DNA of 64,000 nucleotides from an uncultured Poribacteria bacterium (GTDB taxonomy: Bacteria; Poribacteria; WGA-4E; WGA-3G), in contig CATQHZ020000001.1 in assembly GCA_958296135.2 (NCBI GenBank), positions 4,224,001 to 4,288,000 on the forward strand, in the 5' to 3' direction. This document shows, in pieces, positions 57,778 through 64,000 of this stretch. Below the pieces are notes generated by a model. The model was not told the DNA's origin. It saw nothing but the letters and a program-made list of their open reading frames with translations, and made no database searches. Position numbers and translations under genes: made by a program. Every line of letters begins with the position of its first letter. The stretch's first letter is position 1.

Positions 57778-58836
57778 TTACAGCGTCGGCACCGTCACTG
57801 CCACCTCGCGGCCTCCGTTTTCAGACGAATCGATAACTCCCTGAATGATAACGTTGGTGAGCATCACGCCGTAAGCATCGATTGGTGACGGTTTGCCCTC
57901 GCGGACAGCATCAATAAACGCGGTATCTTCCGCGCGGAACACGTCAACCGCCTCAAATTCAGTGAACGCCTCGTCGTGGATTTCGCCCGCTTTGTCGCCG
58001 TAGACGCGCACGCCGTCCTGCGGCCCGCGCACCTCGCCGACACCGAGCCGGAGCCCCGCCTTTTTACCGAGGAAAATCGTGCCGCCGAGGGAGTCCATGT
58101 TCATGCACCAGCAAGTCTTGAATACCATCCGCGCACCATTCTCAAAAACCACCCAACCGATGCCGAAATCTTCCACCTCTGTCTCGCGCAGCGCAGGATT
58201 CCACGTGTTGTGCCGGCTGAGGTAGTTGGAGGTTATCCCCGAAACCGCGACCGGCTTGGGATGCCCCATCAGATAGAGTGCCGTATCCAACGCATAAACG
58301 CCGATGTCAGCCGATGCGCCCAGGCCGGCTGTCGCCTTGCGGATGAAACTGCCGCCCGGGTTGCCGCGTCGCCGGTCCGCCACGGTTTCGACGTAGTAGA
58401 TATCGCCGAGTGTGCCAGCGTCAACGATTTCCTTCGCCTTGATTACCTGCGCCGAATAGCGGAGTTTGAGTCCTACCATCAAGATTTTATCGTTTTCCTG
58501 AGCGGCACGCCACATCGCAGCGGCTGCGTCCAGCGTCGCCTCCATCGGCTTCTCACAGAAGACATGTTTGCCAGCGTTCAGCGCGGCGACGGTAGGTGGC
58601 GCATGCACGCCTGTCGGGGTGCAGACGTAGACTGCCTCGATCTCGTCCATTTTGAGCATTTCGTTGTAATCGCGAAAAGTTTGCTTAATGCCCCACCGTT
58701 CTTTCGCGCGCTCCAAGTTTGCAGGAACAAGATCTGCCGCGGCGATAATCTCCGCGCCATCAATGTTCGCGAGCGTTCCGCAGTGTGCCTGCGCGATGCC
58801 GCCCGCACCAATCAGCCCTAGTTTCACTGTTCTCAT
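57778..58836 (-). CDS. Gfo/Idh/MocA family oxidoreductase
   Basis: GLIGAGGIA, HVFCEKPM, DIGVY. Confidence 0.92.
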   Translation of the reverse strand: MRTVKLGLIGAGGIAQAHCGTLANIDGAEIIAAADLVPANLERAKERWGIKQTFRDYNEMLKMDEIEAVYVCTPTGVHAPPTVAALNAGKHVFCEKPMEATLDAAAAMWRAAQENDKILMVGLKLRYSAQVIKAKEIVDAGTLGDIYYVETVADRRRGNPGGSFIRKATAGLGASADIGVYALDTALYLMGHPKPVAVSGITSNYLSRHNTWNPALRETEVEDFGIGWVVFENGARMVFKTCWCMNMDSLGGTIFLGKKAGLRLGVGEVRGPQDGVRVYGDKAGEIHDEAFTEFEAVDVFRAEDTAFIDAVREGKPSPIDAYGVMLTNVIIQGVIDSSENGGREVAVTVPTL

Positions 58837-59013
58837 TTCATCTCCTCATTTTGGGCCAGGGGCCCTTCTACAAGTTCTGTTTTATTATTTCCGTCCATCT
58901 TATTAGTGCATTTTAACGAATTCTGCTTTGGAAGTCAAGGAAAATTGTTTGAAATAATTCTCAGTGTGGGGTATAGTGCAACCATACGACTACATTCGCG
59001 GAGGAAAACTGTT

Positions 59014-60060
59014 GTGAAAGCGGCACAATTCTATGGCGGAAAAGACATCAGGGTAGAAACCGTCCCAGACCCGAGGCCACAAGCCGGACAAGTGCTCGTG
59101 CAAGTCGAAGCAACCGGCATCTGTGGCAGTGACCTGCACGGGTATCACCATTCACCGGAAAAGCCTTTGTCACCGCGCATTGGGGGGCATGAATTAACGG
59201 GACAGATTATTGATACAGGCAGGGAAACGAGCGACTCTCCCTCGCATATCAAGCGCGGCGGACGGGTTGCGATTGAACCGATTGTCCCGTGCAATACCTG
59301 CCCGGAATGCCTCAATGGTTATTATAACATCTGTGCCAAGTTGCGGCATGGCGGTGGCGGGTTCGCGGAGTTCATGGTTGCTCCCATTTCCAACGCGTAT
59401 GCATTGCCGGATAGCGTTTCTGCTGAGGGCGGTGCGTTGGCAGAGGTGTACGCTGTCGCCGTTCACGCTGTCAACCGGGCGATGGTTTCTCCCGGCGACC
59501 GGGTTGCGATTATCGGCAGCGGGCCTGTCGGGCTGACGATTGCGCAGGTAGCGGACATTGCAGGGGCCACCTCTATCGCTATGTTGGGGAAGCCGGATGG
59601 CCCCCTCCAAATCGCCCACGAAGCGGTAGCAGCTGTGCCAATCAACGTTGATAAAACGGATGCCGTTGCGGCGATTCAGGAGTGGAGCGATGGCAGGGGC
59701 GCGGATGTCGTCTTTGAAGCTGTCGGCGGCACGGCGAATACGCTGGAACAGGCAACGGAGATAGCGGCGAAACGGGGGAGAGTCTGCATGGTAGGCGGCC
59801 ATCGCACGCCGCTCACCTTTTCCGAGCGGTTCGCGCGGAGCCGAGAGCTTACCATCACCTGGTCCTTCTGTTACGGCAGGCGCGGCGGGAAAACAGAATT
59901 CCAAATCGCCATCGATTTGCTCGCCGCTGGCAAACTCGATCCGAATCCCTTGGTAACGCATCGGTTCGGTTTGGACGATATTACCGAAGCATTCGCTGTT
60001 GCCGCCGGACGAGATGAACACGGTTCAGTCAAAGTGCTCGTTTTCCCGCAATCGGCTTGA
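59014..60060 (+). CDS. Zinc-dependent alcohol dehydrogenase (MDR family)
   Basis: GICGSDLH, GHE, C..C..C..C, GSGPVG; RBS GGAGG before GTG. Confidence 0.92.
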   Translation: MKAAQFYGGKDIRVETVPDPRPQAGQVLVQVEATGICGSDLHGYHHSPEKPLSPRIGGHELTGQIIDTGRETSDSPSHIKRGGRVAIEPIVPCNTCPECLNGYYNICAKLRHGGGGFAEFMVAPISNAYALPDSVSAEGGALAEVYAVAVHAVNRAMVSPGDRVAIIGSGPVGLTIAQVADIAGATSIAMLGKPDGPLQIAHEAVAAVPINVDKTDAVAAIQEWSDGRGADVVFEAVGGTANTLEQATEIAAKRGRVCMVGGHRTPLTFSERFARSRELTITWSFCYGRRGGKTEFQIAIDLLAAGKLDPNPLVTHRFGLDDITEAFAVAAGRDEHGSVKVLVFPQSA

Positions 60061-60102
60061 TAGCGTAGGGCGATGCCCTGGGCCACGCCATGGAGTCAAA
60101 AA

Positions 60103-60738
60103 ATGGAATCTCTTAATCTACTTGTTTTTGTTGGAACGGAAGGTATCTACCACGCTCATGCAGAGAACGGGCAGTTCCTCACGGCACTGCTCAACGAATC
60201 TGACGCTATTACCGCCACCTTTTCGCAAGACGACGATGTGCTTGCGGATGGGCTCGGCGCGTATCACGTCGCGCTTTTCTACACCGATGTCGGAGAACTG
60301 ACAGCGGCACAAGAGGCAGGGCTGCTGCGCTTTATCAAAGCAGGCGGCGGCTTTTTCGGCTTACACACCGCCGCTGCATCCTTCCGAGAATCTGAGGGAT
60401 ACCACGGCATGCTCAACGGATTTTTCAACGGGCACAGTCCCTACATGGACTTCACCGTCACCGTGAGCGATGCCGCGCATCCGATTACGGAACGGTTATC
60501 CGATTTTGATGTCACGGATGAGCTCTATTATCTGAGGCATGACGCTGGTGCCTCGCACCACCTCATGCACGCGTATGATAAGACGAAGGACGAGACGCAC
60601 GTCATGGCGTTTCACCATGCGTATGGCGCGGGGCGAGTCTTCTACTTCGCGCTGGGGCACGACATGGCAGTGCTTGAGAATCCGAGTTTTCAGGAAGTCA
60701 TCCGCCGGGGGGCGTTGTGGGCGGGCCGGCGGATTTAG
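60103..60738 (+). CDS. ThuA-like domain protein
   Basis: GGGFFGLH, HPIT, DELY, YGAGRVFYFALGH. Confidence 0.88.
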   Translation: MESLNLLVFVGTEGIYHAHAENGQFLTALLNESDAITATFSQDDDVLADGLGAYHVALFYTDVGELTAAQEAGLLRFIKAGGGFFGLHTAAASFRESEGYHGMLNGFFNGHSPYMDFTVTVSDAAHPITERLSDFDVTDELYYLRHDAGASHHLMHAYDKTKDETHVMAFHHAYGAGRVFYFALGHDMAVLENPSFQEVIRRGALWAGRRI

Positions 60739-60788
60739 GGGGTGTCACCGGCTGCAGCTCCATTGGTATAATGAGGCGCGGCACTGCC

Positions 60789-62147
60789 CTAGAAATCCTC
60801 ATGCCGGCTAGAAGGATATAACACCTCATCCGCCGGATAACGCCTATCCCCCGGTGACTCAGCCCACGGCAAGTTTAGCACAGCCGCTTCCGGTGTCTCC
60901 ATAAGCTGCCCCTCATGGGTAACCGGGTCTGCCGTTTCCGCGCGCCATGCATCTAGGCGAGAACGCATTTCTACCAAAACATCCCAATACGCCGGATTTC
61001 CTGCAAGGTTATTCGCCTCCGACGAATCGAATACCATATCGTAGAGCCGATGTGTTTCAGTCTGCAGCTCTCGCCACCCCTGCTCCATCATGAACGTCTT
61101 GCTGATGCTGTCGTCGCAGTTCGGCATTGCCCACCGCTTCATGCTGTCATATCGGCGGATGTATTTCCACCGATTAGTGCGGATGGCGCGTTGCGGTTCA
61201 TAACAACAGTGGTAATTCACTTCGGCGAAGATGGCATCGCGCACTTCGTCAGCTTCGCCGCGCACTAGCGGGAGAATGGAGGTGCCTTGCAACCACGGCG
61301 GTGCTTCAATCCCTGCCAAGTCGCAGAGCGTTGGGAACAGATCGATCTGGCTCACTAACCCATCCACGACTTGTCCGCCGCTGAACCCCCCCGGGCCGCG
61401 CACAATAAGCATCACGCCGATACCGTGGTCGGTGAGGTGACACTTCATTCGAGGGAAAGCGAGTCCGTGGTCGGTGGTGCATATCACCAGTGTGTTGTCC
61501 GCGAGCCCATTTTCCTCCAGCGCGTCAAAAACGACACCCATCTTCCTATCTAGCGTTCGCGCCGAATCGATGTATTCCGCCATGTCCTGCCGAGTGACAG
61601 GCGTATCCGGGAACGGCGCGGGCGGCTTGACATACCTCGGGTCGGTTTTCAGTTCGCCCTCTGGCTGCGGGTCGAACCCTTTCTGTCGGCGGTGCGTCTC
61701 ACCGAACCCGACATCTAAAAAGAAGGGGGCATCCGGTTTTTCTGCTATGAACGCGCGGGCCCGTTCTTCTGCACCGGCGCGGACGCTCCCATCGGATAAA
61801 ATCCGCTGGTAGCCGGTATCCTTGATATCTTGAACGACGTGCTGAAACCCTGCCAAGGCGGTGACGTATCCGGCTTGATTGAGGGTATGCGGGATGAGCT
61901 GCGCCGGCACCGGGAGGCTCCAGCCTCGGTTGGCTAAGCCGCCCATGCCGCAGCTATGCGCCCATTGCCCGGTGAGCAGTGCAGCTCGCGAAGGCGAACA
62001 CGTCGGATTGGCGCAAAAGGCGTTCCGAAACAGCACGCCTTCTTCGGCGAGTTTTTGAATATTCGGAGTCGGAATGGCGTGGCCATAGGGTTGCACATAC
62101 CGCCCCGTGTCATGAGAATGAATGTAAACGATATTTGGTTTGTTCAT
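60789..62147 (-). CDS. Sulfatase (sulfamidase-like)
   Basis: PNIVYIHSHD, CSPSRAALLTG, TTDHG, PRMK. Confidence 0.92.
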   Translation of the reverse strand: MNKPNIVYIHSHDTGRYVQPYGHAIPTPNIQKLAEEGVLFRNAFCANPTCSPSRAALLTGQWAHSCGMGGLANRGWSLPVPAQLIPHTLNQAGYVTALAGFQHVVQDIKDTGYQRILSDGSVRAGAEERARAFIAEKPDAPFFLDVGFGETHRRQKGFDPQPEGELKTDPRYVKPPAPFPDTPVTRQDMAEYIDSARTLDRKMGVVFDALEENGLADNTLVICTTDHGLAFPRMKCHLTDHGIGVMLIVRGPGGFSGGQVVDGLVSQIDLFPTLCDLAGIEAPPWLQGTSILPLVRGEADEVRDAIFAEVNYHCCYEPQRAIRTNRWKYIRRYDSMKRWAMPNCDDSISKTFMMEQGWRELQTETHRLYDMVFDSSEANNLAGNPAYWDVLVEMRSRLDAWRAETADPVTHEGQLMETPEAAVLNLPWAESPGDRRYPADEVLYPSSRHEDF

Positions 62148-62168
62148 ATTTCTCGTGTGTTTGGGCAT

Positions 62169-62513
62169 TTAGAGAGTCAGACTTGCCCGGAGAATGTCAA
62201 TAACCACCTCAACAATCTCCGTGAACACCTCTGCTTCCAAAACGCCGAGTTGCCTCACTATGAGATTCTGGTGGGCAGTGAACAACTTAGCTGGAAGAGC
62301 ATAACTCACCAGACTTAACGAACCCGTAGCAAAACTAGCCGAGGTTAGCCGGATAGTTCGGTATCCCCTCACCGGATTACTCGTAATTTGGATGATAGCC
62401 CAATCCTGGTGTCCTGCTTCTGCGAGAACCACAGCAGGCCTGAACTTTGATGCCGACAGGTCTGAAAATGGAAAACGGACTAAGACGACGGATCCGGCTG
62501 CAAGTGGGCCCAT
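62169..62513 (-). CDS. PemK/MazF family toxin
   Basis: GSVVLVRFPFSD..KFRPAVVL..QITS. Confidence 0.88.
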   Translation of the reverse strand: MGPLAAGSVVLVRFPFSDLSASKFRPAVVLAEAGHQDWAIIQITSNPVRGYRTIRLTSASFATGSLSLVSYALPAKLFTAHQNLIVRQLGVLEAEVFTEIVEVVIDILRASLTL

Positions 62514-62701
62514 GCAGCATCCTCCTCTGGGCGGAGCCAGTGCTCAGCAAGCGCAGCTTCGCTTAGCAAGGCGGTGTCAGAGACACAAGATTCCTCGCTG
62601 AATATTGTGACGAACGCGCGTGCCGGTTTTGGCAACTGCAGCGGTTCAAGCAATGTCACATTGCCTTGTTCGTCAACGGTTGCTTCAACAACTTTTAACA
62701 T
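62480..62701 (-). CDS. Putative antitoxin of the PemK/MazF pair
   Basis: Small acidic ORF overlapping the toxin start; ALLSEAALAEHWLRPEEDAAWAHL. Confidence 0.8.
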   Translation of the reverse strand: MLKVVEATVDEQGNVTLLEPLQLPKPARAFVTIFSEESCVSDTALLSEAALAEHWLRPEEDAAWAHLQPDPSS

Positions 62702-62741
62702 TGGTTTATCTCCATTCTTTTTGTTATGATTTGAAAATCCA

Positions 62742-62859
62742 TAGGACTTAGACAGAAGCGACAGCGGGCGGTAGGTGCGCTTTGGAAGCGCGCATTCAAC
62801 GCCAGCGCGGCTGCAAACCGCGCCTACCGGCAGGAAGAAATTGAATTGCGCAAGTCCTA
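62742..62859. mobile_element. MITE-like element carrying two REP hairpins
   Basis: Termini TAGGACTT...AAGTCCTA; flanking direct repeat ATCCA (AATCCAT if the ends are read one base inward). Confidence 0.65.
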
Positions 62860-62875
62860 ATCCATAACAATAGGT

Positions 62876-63103
62876 TCAACCAGCATCGCTTTCAGACGAT
62901 GGATCTGGCTGCAAGTATGCCCATGCGGCCACCTCTTCCGGGCGATTCCAGAGAGAGACTCCATTTAGCAAGGTGGTATCCGGAACATTAAGTTCCTCGC
63001 TGAAGATAACTACGAACGCGCGAGCAGGTTTCTGCAACTCAATTGGTTCAAGCAACTTCACAGTGCCTTTTTCATCAATTGTCGCTTCAACAACTTTTAA
63101 CAT
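62876..63103 (-). CDS. Second antitoxin paralog; overlapping toxin frame truncated after 10 codons
   Basis: MLKVVEATIDEKG..WNRPEEVAAWAYLQPDPSS; overlapping frame MGILAARSIV*. Confidence 0.7.
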   Translation of the reverse strand: MLKVVEATIDEKGTVKLLEPIELQKPARAFVVIFSEELNVPDTTLLNGVSLWNRPEEVAAWAYLQPDPSSESDAG

Positions 63104-63106
63104 AAG

Positions 63107-63135
63107 AGTATACCTCACAAGCGTCAGAATGTCAA
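63107..63135 (-). promoter_or_regulatory. Sigma70-like promoter of the TA locus
   Basis: TTGACA-N17-TATACT on the minus strand. Confidence 0.55.
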
Positions 63136-63147
63136 GGAAATATATTA

Positions 63148-64000
63148 TCAACGGGACAAAGCGTCCCTAAGTGCCTCACACAGATTATCGGGCGGGTCGA
63201 ACGGGATATCAATCGGTTGGTGCGAGAGGGCACTCGCATAAATGCCTAAAACGGCGTTCCACTGATGCAATGCGCGCTTGAGATGCGTGCCGACAGGTTT
63301 CGCGTCGTCTTCGAGCCAACCGAACATCGCATTGGTGAGCCCGGCTTGCGCCCGCTCATTATTCCTCACGCGGTCTGCCTCGGAAGTCAGCATGCTGTAT
63401 TCGCTCATTTTTCGAGTTTCAACACCGCAGTCACCAAATTCTTCAAAGAAAGCGATGCCTTCTTCGCCGTAAGCGGCGACGCGGCAATGCTTGTAAATCC
63501 CCGGGTCTTCGCTAACGCGCCGGGATGCAGAACCCGTAGTCCACTGCCCGTGGACACCATTTTCAAATAGCACCTGACACGTCGTTGTATCCGGCCCAGG
63601 GTAAGTGCTGTTGAAAGCCGCCGCACCGCTAGCATTGCCGAAGACTTGGACAATAGGTGCATCCGCGTTGAGGCACATTGCCCAATCGATGATATGCGTG
63701 CCTTGCGCGGCGATATTCATACCACACGAGAACGCTAAAAACAGGATTTCGCCCAAGTAGCCACCCGCCACTGCTCGTTGACAGTTTGTCAGATAAGAAT
63801 GCCAGCGGAACTGCTTGCCTACGCCGAATTTAGTCGAAGTCTGGCGCTCCAATTCGGACAGCAACCGCCAATCTGCCACGCCGCAAGCTATCGGCTTTTC
63901 AACGATACATGCAGGCACACCGAGTTCGGATACCATCGACATCAGTTCGCACACCTGGTCTGGCATAGTGACGAGATGCACCAAGTCTGGTTTCTCGGCG
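63148..64000 (-). CDS. Gfo/Idh/MocA family oxidoreductase (3' part; start outside window)
   Basis: PDLVHLVT, IVEKPIA, QGTHIID. Confidence 0.8.
   Translation of the reverse strand, partial: AEKPDLVHLVTMPDQVCELMSMVSELGVPACIVEKPIACGVADWRLLSELERQTSTKFGVGKQFRWHSYLTNCQRAVAGGYLGEILFLAFSCGMNIAAQGTHIIDWAMCLNADAPIVQVFGNASGAAAFNSTYPGPDTTTCQVLFENGVHGQWTTGSASRRVSEDPGIYKHCRVAAYGEEGIAFFEEFGDCGVETRKMSEYSMLTSEADRVRNNERAQAGLTNAMFGWLEDDAKPVGTHLKRALHQWNAVLGIYASALSHQPIDIPFDPPDNLCEALRDALSR

Noticed and set aside
1-64000. Reverse transcriptase, RAYT/transposase, integrase, tRNA or rRNA genes
   Set aside because: No recognisable motifs were found by eye; small or divergent RNAs could have been missed.

Overview
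Bacterial chromosomal window, probably Candidatus Poribacteria. This is an inference from two secreted proteins ending in a V-x-x-x-GK(L/F)-x-T-x-W-x-x-(F/L)K motif, plus several PhyH dioxygenases, sulfatases and Gfo/Idh/MocA enzymes. Housekeeping genes (leuS, rnj, leuC, leuD, murB, lpxK, lpxB, argC, ogt) are mixed with accessory genes and many GTAG-type REP palindromes. The main find is an envelope locus at 17.5-27.8 kb encoding LPP20-like lipoproteins, an LPP20/DUF4384 protein, a matrixin-TPR protease and two exported caspase-like (C14)-PEGA-FGE/CLec proteins. The last 129 nt of those two genes differ in the pattern left by diversity-generating retroelement (DGR) adenine mutagenesis, and a perfect hairpin follows the first. 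No template repeat or reverse transcriptase is visible, so they look like remote DGR targets. Other observations: REP palindromes translated in-frame within lpxK and leuS; REP hairpins carrying a variable 45-bp repeat cargo; a type IIG RM gene between direct-repeat REP composites; three mosaic PD-(D/E)XK-like paralogs; two RDD-PspA fusions; a triple Mrr_N-like protein; a MITE with target-site duplication; and several decayed TA/ATPase genes. All family calls come from motifs read by eye; no searches were run.
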